Of a DNA stretch of 64,000 nucleotides, positions 10,769-21,578 are shown one piece after another. The position numbers and the translations under genes are program-made. The stretch's first letter is position 1. Every line of letters begins with the position of its first letter. The stretch lies in the NCBI GenBank assembly GCA_963740315.1, contig CAVUDP010000003.1, forward strand, positions 448,001 to 512,000, written 5' to 3'. Source of the stretch: an uncultured cyanobacterium (GTDB lineage Bacteria > Cyanobacteriota > Cyanobacteriia > Cyanobacteriales > Nostocaceae). The notes beneath the pieces were generated by a model. It saw only the letters and a program-made list of their open reading frames with translations. It did no database searches and was not told the DNA's origin.

Positions 10769-12175
10769 ATGGCACAATCTATTACTGTTTCTTCCTCTCA
10801 ACCTGCAACGCCTCAAATTTCAACAGGTATGCGTTTTGCAGCACTAGTTCAAAACTTAGCAACTCTAACTTTACTTTTGTTAGCGCTACCAATTAACGCC
10901 ACCATCGTTCTTGTATCGTTATTGCTGAACATACTGAGTGTTCCGTTTCATAAGAAACAGACTAAAGTAGCAGCCACACAAAAGAAAAATATTCTGATTA
11001 GTGGTGGAAAAATGACCAAAGCATTACAGCTTGCTCGTTTTTTTCACGCCGCAGGACATAAAGTAGTGCTAACGGAAACTCATAAATATTGGCTAACAGG
11101 TCATCGCTTTTCTCAGGCTGTAGATAAATTTTATACAACACCCGTTCCCCAAAAAGATTCACAACTTTATAACCAAGCCTTAATAGACATTGTTAACAAA
11201 GAAAACATTGATATTTATATTCCGGTAACAAGTCCAATTGCGAGCTACTATGATGCTTTAGCGAAACCAGCCTTATCTCCACACTGCGAAGTATTTCATA
11301 TAGATGCTGCTACCTGTGAAATGCTCGATGATAAATTTGCTTTTAGCGAGAAAGCGCAAAGTTTTGGTTTATCGGTTCCTAAGTCTTTTAAAATAACTTC
11401 TGCCGAACAAGTTTTAAATTTTGATTTTGGGCGAGAAACTCGTAAATATATTCTTAAAAGTATTCCTTACGATTCAGTCAGACGTTTGGATTTAACCAAA
11501 CTTCCTTGCGATACCCCACAAGAAACAGAAGCTTTTGTGCGAAGTTTACCAATTAGTTCTCAAAAGCCTTGGATAATGCAAGAATTTATTCCTGGCAAAG
11601 AATATTGTACTCATAGTACCATTCGGGATGGCGTGGTGAGACTGCATTGTTGTTGTGAGTCTTCAGCTTTTCAAGTCAACTACGAAAACGTAGAACATTC
11701 AAAAATTCGTGAATGGGTAACGCACTTTGTTAAAGAATTGGGAGTTACCGGGCAACTTTCTTTTGATTTCATCGAAGCCGAAGATGGTAACGTATATGCC
11801 ATTGAATGCAATCCCCGCACTCATTCTGCAATCACCATATTTCACGATCAATTGCAACAAGCAGCCGATGCTTACTTAAGTAAAGAGCCTATAGCAGAAC
11901 CTTTACAAGCATTACCTAATAGCAAACCTACTTATTGGACTTATCATGAAGTTTGGCGGCTGAATGAAATTCGTTCTTTTTCTCAATTAGGGAATTGGAT
12001 TAAGAATATGTTGCGAGGTACGGACGCGATTTACACATTTAACGATTCCTTACCATTTTTAATGGTGCATCATTGGCAAATTGCTTTGCTATTGCTAAAA
12101 AACTTATCCAAGTTAAAAGGCTGGACAAGAATAGATTTCAATATCGGTAAACTTGTGGAATTAGGTGGAGATTAA
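10769..12175 (+). CDS. mysC: ATP-grasp ligase, mycosporine-glycine synthase
   Basis: LLLLALPINA, ILISGGKMTKALQLAR, LKSIPYDSVRRLDLTKLP, WIMQEFIPGKEYCTH, IECNPRTHSA, RIDFNIGKLVE; TTG alternative at 10763. Confidence 0.95.
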   Translation: MAQSITVSSSQPATPQISTGMRFAALVQNLATLTLLLLALPINATIVLVSLLLNILSVPFHKKQTKVAATQKKNILISGGKMTKALQLARFFHAAGHKVVLTETHKYWLTGHRFSQAVDKFYTTPVPQKDSQLYNQALIDIVNKENIDIYIPVTSPIASYYDALAKPALSPHCEVFHIDAATCEMLDDKFAFSEKAQSFGLSVPKSFKITSAEQVLNFDFGRETRKYILKSIPYDSVRRLDLTKLPCDTPQETEAFVRSLPISSQKPWIMQEFIPGKEYCTHSTIRDGVVRLHCCCESSAFQVNYENVEHSKIREWVTHFVKELGVTGQLSFDFIEAEDGNVYAIECNPRTHSAITIFHDQLQQAADAYLSKEPIAEPLQALPNSKPTYWTYHEVWRLNEIRSFSQLGNWIKNMLRGTDAIYTFNDSLPFLMVHHWQIALLLLKNLSKLKGWTRIDFNIGKLVELGGD

Positions 12176-12229
12176 TTATTTTTCAATTGTCTTTATTTGA
12201 GTACGCAGATAGATTTATCTTCTTGATTC

Positions 12230-12740
12230 GCAGTTAAATTTAATTTATATTAAGTTCGTAGTCAGGACTTTAGTCCTTTTAGGAGAGCGATAAATCGCTT
12301 ACTACGAACAAATAAATTTATCCTAGATATTGATTTGCAGTTAAATTTAACTTATATTAAGTTCGTAGTCAGGACTTTAGTCCTTTTAGGAGAGCGATAA
12401 ATCGCTTACTACGAACAAATAAATTTATCCTAGATATTGATTTGCAGTTAAATTTAACTTATATTAAGTTCGTAGTCAGGACTTTAGTCCTTTTAGGAGA
12501 GCGATAAATCGCTTACTACGAACAAATAAATTTATCCTAGATATTGATTTGCAGTTAAATTTAACTTATATTAAGTTCGTAGTCAGGACTTTAGTCCTTT
12601 TAGGAGAGCGATAAATCGCTTACTACGAACAAATAAATTTATCCTAGATATTGATTTGCAGTTAAATTTAACTTATATTAAGTTCGTAGTCAGAACTTTA
12701 GTCCTTCCAGGAGAGCGATAAATCGCTTACTACGAACAAA
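12230..12740. repeat. Tandem array of about 4.8 copies of a 107 bp unit, each with a palindromic REP-like core
   Basis: Units start at 12230, 12337, 12444, 12551, 12658; core GTTCGTAGT-cAGGACTTTAGTCCT-...-AGCGATAAATCGCT-tACTACGAAC. Confidence 0.95.
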
Positions 12741-12789
12741 AATTTTATTAGCATTTTGATTTAGAAGCGTAACGGTAGTGTGGAATACC

Positions 12790-12935
12790 CTATGGGCTTC
12801 AGTTATTGGCGCGGGATATTTAAGAGAATTAGGATCGCGTTTGCTGATCAAAAAACGTGATGCTTCAATACGATCGCGGTTTTTGATAACATAAGCTCTT
12901 AATTCGGCAAAACTCATTTTTTCTTAATTTGCCAT
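12790..12935 (-). pseudogene. Degenerate small DUF6887-like gene
   Basis: ATG GCA AAT TAA GAA AAA ATG then MSFAELRAYVIKNRDRIEA...KYPAP; in-frame stop at codon 4, and the 3' part runs into the repeat array. Confidence 0.5.
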
Positions 12936-12960
12936 TTTTAGAAAAAATTAAACTTAGTAC

Positions 12961-12995
12961 CTTTGTGGTTAAAACTTTTTAATTTAACCACAAAG
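12961..12995. terminator. Inverted repeat downstream of the GH57 gene
   Basis: CTTTGTGGTTAAA...TTTAACCACAAAG 13 bp perfect stem. Confidence 0.6.
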
Positions 12996-13018
12996 CTTAT
13001 CTTCAGCCTATATAACTC

Positions 13019-14608
13019 TTACAAAGGACGGTATGCTCGATAATTGATGTTGGGAAAAATATTATCCATATATTCAACTTTCTCCAACCATCCACTGTCA
13101 ATTTTGCCGATATTAATATCTTCGTAAAGCTTATTAAATCGCATCAAGTGAGAACGAGTTCTTCTTATAGCATAAGGAACCATCGTTCCCGTTCGCATGA
13201 TAAACGCCCAATCGGAAGATTGTGCCAAAAGTAACTCTCGTGCAGCTTGATTTAAAGCTTTCCATTCTAATTCATCTTCTGCTTCCCGCTTGGATATTTC
13301 AATCATCCGCTCGGCAGCTTTATGCAAATGTGGGTAAATCCACGTATTAGTTTCATTTAACCAATACTCGTGAAAACCCTTGTGTCCCCAACTTGATTGA
13401 GAAGGACGACAAACTTGTTGAACCGGATTAGTTTTCAAATAATCCGATAAATGAGTCATTTCGTAGGTTTTCTGGTCAAACCAAGACTTGCGGTAGAGAT
13501 AGTCAATAAACCAAGGACCTTCATACCACCAATGTCCGAACAACTCCGCATCGTAGGGAGAAACCACAATCGGAGGACGATGCATCATATCATGAAGATG
13601 TTCAACTTGACGCTCCCGGTTAAACGCAAAGTTAGCAGCGTGTTCCGCCGTTTTTTCTCGTGCCCAGTAAGGATCGTAAAGCTGCTTATCTCCAAGTCCT
13701 AAACCACGACCAGTAATTTTGTGATATTTAATGCCCGTATTTTTTCGCTGACCGTTAGGCATAATGAAAGGCTTGATATACTCGTATTCAGCCTCCCAAC
13801 CCAAATCTTTGTAAAATTCCCGATATTCCGCAGCACCGGGATAACCTACTTCAGAAGACCATACTTGTTGAGAACATTCATGATCGCGTCCAAAGGCTGC
13901 AACACCACTTTCTGTAAAAATAGGCGCATAAGTACCAAACTGGGGACGAGGACGAGCATATAAAATACCATGTCCGTCGGTAAGAAAATAACGCAATCCA
14001 GCATCGGCTACCATGCGCTCTAAACCTTCAAAGTAAGCGCATTCTGGCAACCAAATACCCTTGGGTGAGCGACCAAAATTTTCCTCGTAATGCTCTACCG
14101 CTACCTGAAGTTGCGCCCAAACCGCTTGGGGATACATTTTCATCAACGGTAAGTAACCGTGAGTCGCGCCGCAGGTGATGATATCAATATTGTTAGAATC
14201 CTGGAATTGCTTGAAAGCAGTTACCAAGTCACCTTTATATCGTTCCCAAATTTCTCTAGTAGCTTTAAACTCGCTATCGTAATGCTGGGCTAAATATTTA
14301 AGATGACCGTTTTCAGCATTATGTTCGATTTCTAACTCTATAAGTTTTTGTAACTTCGCCAAGTGTTCGTCATAACGTTCTTGGAGTAACTTATCCCGCA
14401 GCATCGAAACCAAAGGCGGTGTCATGCTCATGGTGATTTTAAAATCAACACCGTCTTGTTTCAAACCTTCAAAGACACGTAACAAAGGAATGTAAGTTTC
14501 CGTGATTGCTTCATAAAGCCATTCTTCCTCCAGCACATAGTCACTTTCCGGGTGACGAACGAAGGGCAAATGTGCGTGAAGTACAAGCGCAACGTAGCCA
14601 ATAGCCAT
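13019..14608 (-). CDS. Glycoside hydrolase family 57 protein (branching-enzyme type, DUF1957 C-terminus)
   Basis: LVLHAHLPFVRH, GIWLPECAY, PYDAELFGHWWYEGP, ARELLLAQSSDWAFI. Confidence 0.93.
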   Translation of the reverse strand: MAIGYVALVLHAHLPFVRHPESDYVLEEEWLYEAITETYIPLLRVFEGLKQDGVDFKITMSMTPPLVSMLRDKLLQERYDEHLAKLQKLIELEIEHNAENGHLKYLAQHYDSEFKATREIWERYKGDLVTAFKQFQDSNNIDIITCGATHGYLPLMKMYPQAVWAQLQVAVEHYEENFGRSPKGIWLPECAYFEGLERMVADAGLRYFLTDGHGILYARPRPQFGTYAPIFTESGVAAFGRDHECSQQVWSSEVGYPGAAEYREFYKDLGWEAEYEYIKPFIMPNGQRKNTGIKYHKITGRGLGLGDKQLYDPYWAREKTAEHAANFAFNRERQVEHLHDMMHRPPIVVSPYDAELFGHWWYEGPWFIDYLYRKSWFDQKTYEMTHLSDYLKTNPVQQVCRPSQSSWGHKGFHEYWLNETNTWIYPHLHKAAERMIEISKREAEDELEWKALNQAARELLLAQSSDWAFIMRTGTMVPYAIRRTRSHLMRFNKLYEDINIGKIDSGWLEKVEYMDNIFPNINYRAYRPL

Positions 14609-14975
14609 AATATTAATTCCGAGCAGGTATTTATATATTGATAGTGGTGATTGGGCAGAAAGATCGCTTCGGCAGACAAAAAGTTTTAATCCGACACCTT
14701 TACAGGGTGGGGAACCAATAAAACTTTGCCCGCGAGCGTTCTTGCTAGCAGAAGAAATACTTCAGTTTAGTCAGAAGTTAACAATATTTTAAGACTTTAT
14801 GGTTATTCAATAGCTATAGTTGCTAATTTATTTATAGGTCTGCATGTCAAAGGTCTGCATGTCGAAGGTCAAAGGTTAGGAATTAGGAGTTAAGAGTTTA
14901 AATTTCACCTTGTCCTCTTGTCCCCCCCTCCCCTTGTCTCCTTGTCCCCTTGTCCCCTTGTCAATGCCCAATCCC

Positions 14976-16115
14976 TTATTCTTCACTTTCTTTGTACAAT
15001 TCCTGTAACGTCTGCTGCTGCTTTTTTCGAGAAACGCGGCGATATTTTTTACTTTCTAACCTTGGCTCATATTGCGTTCGTCCTTTTCCTTTAGTTTTTA
15101 ACTTCAGATTGGAATCTGGATCGGCTTGCTCTTTAAACCAAGTTTGACGTTCAATTGCTTCTTCTAAAAATTCTAAATATTCTTCGTAACGTTCCCAATC
15201 TCCGCGCACTACGCAATCGGGTTCATCTCGATGCAAGCAGTTATTAAACTTACAGCTACCACTTTTTAACCTAAGTCTCGCTTCTGGAAAATAATTTACT
15301 AATTCCGACGGCGTACAATCTAGGTCAGGTTGATTGAAACCGGGCGTATCAGCTAGTAAACCACCTCCGGGAATTTCAAATAATTCTACATGGCGAGTGG
15401 TATGCCTTCCGCGAGCTAACTTACCGGAAACGGATGCTACCCGTAGGTTTGTACCTGGAATTAAAGTATTGATTAAACTGGATTTTCCCACACCGGAAGC
15501 TCCAGCAATTACAGTAATTTTACTTTTAAGAATATTGAATACAACGTCTATATTTATACCTTTATAAACGCTCATAAATGTAGGTTGATAACCCCAACTA
15601 TTAAGACGTTCCTTAATTTCTGCCTGCTCTTGAGAACTAATTAAATCGCTTTTATTCAAGCACAAAACTACATCTAAACCCGTTGATTCACCTTTTACTA
15701 AAAAGCGGCTGAGTTGATAAGGTTCCAATGGTGGATCTGTAACAGCAAACACTAATAATATTTGATTGACATTAGCGATCGCCGGACGGTCAATTTCACT
15801 TTTTCGGGGTAAGACATCGGCGATCGCGCCCCTACCATCAACCCAATCGGGTTCTTCTACCACGACGCGATCGCCAACCATTACCTGTTGACCAATTTTT
15901 TTTAAACGGGTTCTGCGCGTACACAAAAGGAGTGGGGAATTAAAAGAAGCAGAGGATGTTCTTATCCCCTTATCTCCTTGTTCCCTTGTCTCCCCCTCTC
16001 CCCATCCCCCTATCTCCTTGTCCTCTTCATCGATCTGCACTCGGTAAAAATTAGCCTGCACGGCAAGCACCGTACCTAATAATTCAGAATTAGTTGATGA
16101 TGCTTCAAAACTCAT
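14976..16115 (-). CDS. rsgA: Small ribosomal subunit biogenesis GTPase RsgA
   Basis: VGDRV, LNKSDL, GASGVGKSSLIN, GRHTTR, DTPGF, CKFNNCLHRDEPDC zinc site. Confidence 0.96.
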   Translation of the reverse strand: MSFEASSTNSELLGTVLAVQANFYRVQIDEEDKEIGGWGEGETREQGDKGIRTSSASFNSPLLLCTRRTRLKKIGQQVMVGDRVVVEEPDWVDGRGAIADVLPRKSEIDRPAIANVNQILLVFAVTDPPLEPYQLSRFLVKGESTGLDVVLCLNKSDLISSQEQAEIKERLNSWGYQPTFMSVYKGINIDVVFNILKSKITVIAGASGVGKSSLINTLIPGTNLRVASVSGKLARGRHTTRHVELFEIPGGGLLADTPGFNQPDLDCTPSELVNYFPEARLRLKSGSCKFNNCLHRDEPDCVVRGDWERYEEYLEFLEEAIERQTWFKEQADPDSNLKLKTKGKGRTQYEPRLESKKYRRVSRKKQQQTLQELYKESEE

Positions 16116-16369
16116 GAGTTATTAACTGGACATCGTACTAATAATGAAAAATAGCCAGAACAGTCGGTAATTTGTTCAATTTGATAACCTGCCATTGTCA
16201 AACTGTCGGGAACTTGCTCGATTGGCTCTCCTGCATCTAACCAAACTTCTAATAGCTCTCCCGCTAGCATTTGCTGCAAACGAAGCTTTGTTCGCACAAA
16301 ATTAATCGGGCAAGGAGTTCCCCGTAAATCAAGTTGAGCATCGGGAGTTGAAACTGAAGATACACTCAT
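16112..16369 (-). CDS. TusA/SirA-family sulfur carrier protein
   Basis: LDLRGTPCPINFVRTKL motif. Confidence 0.9.
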   Translation of the reverse strand: MSVSSVSTPDAQLDLRGTPCPINFVRTKLRLQQMLAGELLEVWLDAGEPIEQVPDSLTMAGYQIEQITDCSGYFSLLVRCPVNNS

Positions 16370-16371
16370 TT

Positions 16372-17496
16372 TTAATTAAATAATTTTCCCAGGAATCCTT
16401 CCAAACCGCCTTTTCCCGTGCGATCGCCCTTGATTTTAGCTAGCTTTTCGAGCAATTCTCTTTCGTCGGGTGTCACTTTCGTTGGAATATCAATCAAAAT
16501 CGTAATCATGTGGTCGCCCCTACTTACGGGATTGCCCAAACGAGGAACGCCGCGATTTTCTAATTTCATGACTGTATTCGGCTGAGTTCCCGGCGGAATA
16601 ATCATTTCTACCGGACCATCCACGGTACTAACTTCTAAACGGCAACCTAAAATTGCTTGCAGATAGCTAACTTTTAGGTCTGAAAGTACATTAATACCAT
16701 CGCGCTGGAATTCTTCATCTTCGTTTACAAACAGGTAAACGTATAAATCTCCGGGCGCACCACCCCGCATCCCGGCATCTCCTTCATTGGAAATACGCAA
16801 GCGCGTACCGTTGTCAACCCCCGCTGGAATGGTAATTTTAAGTTTTTTGGTAACTTGATTTGCACCTTTACCTTCACAAGCATCGCATTTATCTTCAACT
16901 ACCATCCCCTGTCCGTTACAGGTGGGACAAGTCGATACTTGGGTAAAGCTACCAAAGGGTGTTCGAGTGACGCGGCGAACTTGACCGGAACCACTACAGG
17001 TCGAACAAGTCCTCGGACGAGTACCGGGTTTTGCACCCGAACCGCTACAAATGTCGCAGGTTTCTAGGTGTGAAATCCGAATTTCTTTTTCACCCCCGAA
17101 TACCGCTTCCCGAAAATCTAGCTTTAAGTCTAAACGCAGGTCATCACCTCGAACTGGTCCGCTGCGTCGTCTTTGGGACCCTGCTGCACCTCCAGCAAAG
17201 CCGCTAAAGATGCTTTCAAATATATCGGCAAAGCCGCCCATATCGCCGAAGTCTTGGAAGCCAGCAGCACCAGCACCCGATACTCCTTGTTCTCCAAAAC
17301 GGTCGTAACGAGCGCGGGTTTCTGGTTCGGAAAGCACTTCATAAGCGCGGTTGATTTCCTTAAACCGCTCTTCGGCTCCCGGCTCTTTGTTCACGTCTGG
17401 GTGATACTTCCGGGCAAGGCGGCGGTAAGCACTTTTCATTTCTTCTTTGTCGGTGTCACGAGAGACACCCAGAATTTCATAATAGTCGCGAGCCAT
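16372..17496 (-). CDS. dnaJ: Chaperone DnaJ
   Basis: J domain with HPD, G/F region, four CxxCxGxG repeats. Confidence 0.98.
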   Translation of the reverse strand: MARDYYEILGVSRDTDKEEMKSAYRRLARKYHPDVNKEPGAEERFKEINRAYEVLSEPETRARYDRFGEQGVSGAGAAGFQDFGDMGGFADIFESIFSGFAGGAAGSQRRRSGPVRGDDLRLDLKLDFREAVFGGEKEIRISHLETCDICSGSGAKPGTRPRTCSTCSGSGQVRRVTRTPFGSFTQVSTCPTCNGQGMVVEDKCDACEGKGANQVTKKLKITIPAGVDNGTRLRISNEGDAGMRGGAPGDLYVYLFVNEDEEFQRDGINVLSDLKVSYLQAILGCRLEVSTVDGPVEMIIPPGTQPNTVMKLENRGVPRLGNPVSRGDHMITILIDIPTKVTPDERELLEKLAKIKGDRTGKGGLEGFLGKLFN

Positions 17497-17917
17497 ATAG
17501 CAAAGGTAAAAGTTAAAATGTTGGAAGCGTCGATGCAGTTACGGGTCAGGTTGAAGCCAAAAGTTAAGTTTTATTAATAAACGATTTTACCCTTTCTTCT
17601 TGATAAAAATCACCATAAAAGATTAACAAACCGCAGCTGTTGCTTGAGTAAGAACGAAATTTATTAATTAGCTGAAACTTCGACTCTCTTACAATTGTGC
17701 TACGTGGATGTACAATAAGCAGACCTAAACCAGAAGGGCTAGCCGCACCTATAAGTGTGGAAAACCCGCCATCTGGTTATTGATGGCATTTCAATGATTG
17801 TAATACGACATTCACCAATGCCGAAATTCGCTTCTACAATTTAACAAATCATTAAAGTATAAATCTACCTTTGATGGTAGCGAAAAATTCGTAAAACTAA
17901 ATTTTGACACACAATTC

Positions 17918-17949
17918 AAAACCTCTCCCACCAAGGTAGAAGAGGTTTT
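17918..17949. terminator. Hairpin downstream of dnaK
   Basis: AAAACCTCT...AGAGGTTTT inverted repeat. Confidence 0.55.
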
Positions 17950-18010
17950 AATTTAAAGATTTTAACTTTGATGCACTCAAGGTCACGCTGTATATATAAT
18001 CACCAATGAT

Positions 18011-19990
18011 TTAATCTATGGTTTCGTAATCAGCTTGGACTGTACTATCCTCTTCAAAATCAAAGTTGAATTGTGGTGCGAAAGCTTCTTTTGATGCTTC
18101 GCTATCTTCAGGAATTTCAGATGATTCAGATGATTCAGATGGTTCGGATGGTTCGGATGGTTCTTCGTTGTTTCCGGTATTAACGCGACTGTATACCTCC
18201 GCGCCAATAGCAAATACAGCTTGTTGAAACTCATCCAAAATTTGCTTGAATTCTGCTACAGATATTCCGCTCTGTCGCATTGCAACTTGTAATGAAGCTA
18301 ATTTTTCATCAATAGAAGCTTTGATTTGATCGTCGATCAGATCCGCATTGCACGCCAAGCTTAATTCGTAACTGTGTAACAGAGTGTTGGCTTGATTTGT
18401 TAATTCAATTAACTCTAAGCGTTTTCTGTCTTCCTCAGCAAAGGTTTCGGCTTCCTGACGCATTTTTTCTACTTCATTCTGACTCAAACCACCTGTATTG
18501 GTAATCCGAATGGTTTGTTCTCTACCAGTACCTTTGTCTTGAGCGCTTACTTTAAGAATACCGTTAACATCAATTTCAAAAGATACTTCAATTTGCGGTA
18601 CGCCCCTCGGAGCCGGAGGAATTCCATTTAAAAGGAATTTACCCAGGCTTTTATTATCCCGCGCCATCGCTCTTTCACCCTGAAGCACGTGAATTTCCAC
18701 AGAGTTTTGTCCGTCAACTGCCGTGGAAAATATCTGGGATTTACTGGTAGGAATTGTAGTATTACGTTCTATGGTTTTAGTAAATACTTCTCCTAAAGTT
18801 TCAAGTCCCAAGGATAAAGGAGTAACATCTAAAAGTAGTAAATTATCAACTTCGCCAGCTAACACGCCAGCTTGAATTGCAGCGCCAAGCGCCACAGCTT
18901 CATCGGGGTTAACAGAGCGATCGGGGGCTTTACCATCGAAAAACTGCATTAAAGCGTTCTGTACTGCTGGAATGCGAGTCGAACCACCCACCAGAATCAT
19001 CTTTTCAATCATATCTGGTTTAAGGTCTGCATCCTTGAGAGACTGAACCATTGGTTTAACAATAGCTTGAATCAAATCGCTGCTAAGTTCTTCAAATTTA
19101 GAACGGCTAAGTTCCATTTCTAAATGTTTTGGTCCGCTTTCATTCGCAGTAATAAACGGTAAGTTGATTGAAGTACTCGGCATAGTCGAAAGTTCAATCT
19201 TTGCCTTTTCAGCAGCTTCCCGCAAGCGTTGCAGCGCCATCTTGTCGGCGGAAAGGTCAATTTTTTCTTGCTCTTTAAAAAGCTCTATCATCCATTCGAC
19301 GATACAGTAATCAAAGTCGTCTCCACCAAGGTGATTGTTACCACAAGTTGCTTTGACTTCAAATACTCCATCCCCAAGTTGCAGGATGGAAACATCGAAA
19401 GTTCCGCCTCCCAAGTCAAACACCAAAATCAACTGTTCTTCATCTTGCTTTTCCAAACCAAATGCTAAAGCCGCAGCAGTTGGCTCGTTGATGATTCGCA
19501 ATACTTCTAATCCGGCAATTGTTCCAGCGTCTTTAGTGGCTTGTCTTTGAGCATCAGTAAAATATGCCGGAACTGTGATTACTGCTTTATTAACTTCTTC
19601 TCCCAAGAAACTTTCCGCATCTTGCTTTAACTTCTGCAAAATCATCGCGGAAATTTCTTGAGGTGTGTAGTTACGTCCGCGAATTTGGACATCAACAGTA
19701 TCGTCTCTACCTTTATCACAGCTATATGGTACGCGAGTGCGTTCGTCTTGAGTATCATCCCAACGACGACCAATAAATCGCTTAATACTGTATATAGTGT
19801 TTTCAGCATTTGTTACCGCTTGGCGTTTTGCCAGAGGACCGACTAAGCGTTCGCCGCCTTTGCCAAATCCAACGATGGAGGGAGTGGTGCGTCCACCTTC
19901 TGAATTAGCAATTACAAGTGGTTGCCCACCTTCCAAAACTGCGACACAACTATTGGTAGTGCCCAAGTCGATCCCAATAACTTTTCCCAT
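18011..19990 (-). CDS. dnaK: Chaperone DnaK (Hsp70)
   Basis: [31 protein letters not shown]; acidic tail with EPS/ESS repeats. Confidence 0.98.
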   Translation of the reverse strand: MGKVIGIDLGTTNSCVAVLEGGQPLVIANSEGGRTTPSIVGFGKGGERLVGPLAKRQAVTNAENTIYSIKRFIGRRWDDTQDERTRVPYSCDKGRDDTVDVQIRGRNYTPQEISAMILQKLKQDAESFLGEEVNKAVITVPAYFTDAQRQATKDAGTIAGLEVLRIINEPTAAALAFGLEKQDEEQLILVFDLGGGTFDVSILQLGDGVFEVKATCGNNHLGGDDFDYCIVEWMIELFKEQEKIDLSADKMALQRLREAAEKAKIELSTMPSTSINLPFITANESGPKHLEMELSRSKFEELSSDLIQAIVKPMVQSLKDADLKPDMIEKMILVGGSTRIPAVQNALMQFFDGKAPDRSVNPDEAVALGAAIQAGVLAGEVDNLLLLDVTPLSLGLETLGEVFTKTIERNTTIPTSKSQIFSTAVDGQNSVEIHVLQGERAMARDNKSLGKFLLNGIPPAPRGVPQIEVSFEIDVNGILKVSAQDKGTGREQTIRITNTGGLSQNEVEKMRQEAETFAEEDRKRLELIELTNQANTLLHSYELSLACNADLIDDQIKASIDEKLASLQVAMRQSGISVAEFKQILDEFQQAVFAIGAEVYSRVNTGNNEEPSEPSEPSESSESSEIPEDSEASKEAFAPQFNFDFEEDSTVQADYETID

Positions 19991-20254
19991 AAAAAACGGT
20001 GTTTTTACTGATTATTTCTATAAGGCTGTAATTTTAACAACGAACTAGGTGGGACAGTTTCCCATTTATAAAACAATGTCCTATTTAAGAAACTGTCCAA
20101 ACCATTAGTAGAATCATTTCCAATTTTGTGGAAATTTTTCTTCACGATCGCTGGTAATAAAAAGCGCGGATGTGACCGATCCGAAATTGGGATGCGATGC
20201 TCGTCCGATTATTGCTAACCGAAAGCAGTTTTAGTAGGTTCGAGTGGCTACAGC

Positions 20255-20920
20255 TTAAGTATTTGCTTCCCCAGACTGCGAGTCCTCCCCAGAAGACGTA
20301 TCTTCCTTCTGGGCAGCCACCTTTACCATTGCATGACGTAACACGCGATCGCCAAGAAAGTATCCGCGTACTAACTCTTCTAACACTGTTCCTTCCGGAT
20401 ATTCATCCGTAGGTTCGCGCATTACTGCTTCATGTTCGTTGGGGTCGAACTGTTGACCTTCGGGACGCATTGGTGAAACACCCACCCGTTTGAGACAGTC
20501 TACTAGCTGCTTGTAAACGCCTTGATAACTTTTGTGAATCGCCATTTCCCCATCATTTTGGGGTTTAATGTGCGCTCGCGCTCGCTCAAAATTATCCACT
20601 ACTGGCAATAATTCTGTAATAGTGTTGCGCTTCACCTGTAGTTCTAAATCTTCTTTTTCTTTGCTCGTGCGTTTGCGGTAATTTTCAAAATCTGCCGCAA
20701 TTCGCATATACTGACTGCTACGCTCATCTAACTGCGCTTTTAAAGACTCAAATTGAGCCGTTTCTGGGGCACCAGCATTTGATTGAGCAGTCGTTGGGTT
20801 TGTAGCAGTACCATCTTCTGGATTAACCGCAGCTGAATCTGCAACGTTTGCCTCAATTGTGATTTGCGCTTTTTCATCGCCGTTAGGGTTGGAATTTGTT
20901 TGTGGAGAGTCGCTGTTCAT
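20255..20920 (-). CDS. grpE: Nucleotide exchange factor GrpE
   Basis: [46 protein letters not shown]. Confidence 0.96.
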   Translation of the reverse strand: MNSDSPQTNSNPNGDEKAQITIEANVADSAAVNPEDGTATNPTTAQSNAGAPETAQFESLKAQLDERSSQYMRIAADFENYRKRTSKEKEDLELQVKRNTITELLPVVDNFERARAHIKPQNDGEMAIHKSYQGVYKQLVDCLKRVGVSPMRPEGQQFDPNEHEAVMREPTDEYPEGTVLEELVRGYFLGDRVLRHAMVKVAAQKEDTSSGEDSQSGEANT

Positions 20921-21578
20921 TACTTGATTTACCTCTGTTAGTTCGCCGTTGGGGCACTGCTGTGTTATTTACAGATGACTGTTGACATTAAGCCATTATT
21001 TTCCAATCATTTAGGAATACTTTACAGGGTAGTTTTCCCCACCCCATAAAACAACAGCTTACAAATTTATTTACTAAGAAGGAAAGTTTAGCGTATTTAG
21101 ACGACAGAAATATTCCTCGGAAGTGGTATTACCGTCATAACGATCGCTATATTAATGACTTTCTGAAAAACGTGCTTTATAGGAATTTCTCGCTTTTAAG
21201 TGGTGTTTACCCAAGCAAAGTAAATTTATTTCACCGGAATGCACCTCTCCAAGCAAACCCAGAATAAGACAGCACACAACGAAAAAATCATCTTACTACC
21301 AAGAGAAAGCAGGTTTGTGGAGTCTTATGCAGAATTGTATATTCCAGTCAATTTATATGATTATTCTTGCCTGTTGCTCGATTTGGTAAGTTACGTACAG
21401 GACTACAACTTCTTTAATCCGCGTACACCAGAAGACAGCTAAAACGAAAAGGGCGATCGCCTTATTCATCTAATAAAAAAAATTTTAGCTAAGATTTCTT
21501 AGTTGAGATGAAAATTCTGCACCCCAGGTTGGGAATACTTGAATTGTAAGGTTTGTGCAGCATCCATCATCTCAACAT

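Noticed and set aside
12230..12740. Possible CRISPR array
   Set aside because: The segments between palindromes are identical rather than unique spacers, the period is 107 bp, and there are no cas genes in the window
20921..20996. Possible frameshifted N-terminal extension of grpE
   Set aside because: Both candidate upstream frames contain stops close to any start, the GrpE N-terminus is naturally variable, and the core is intact from ATG 20920
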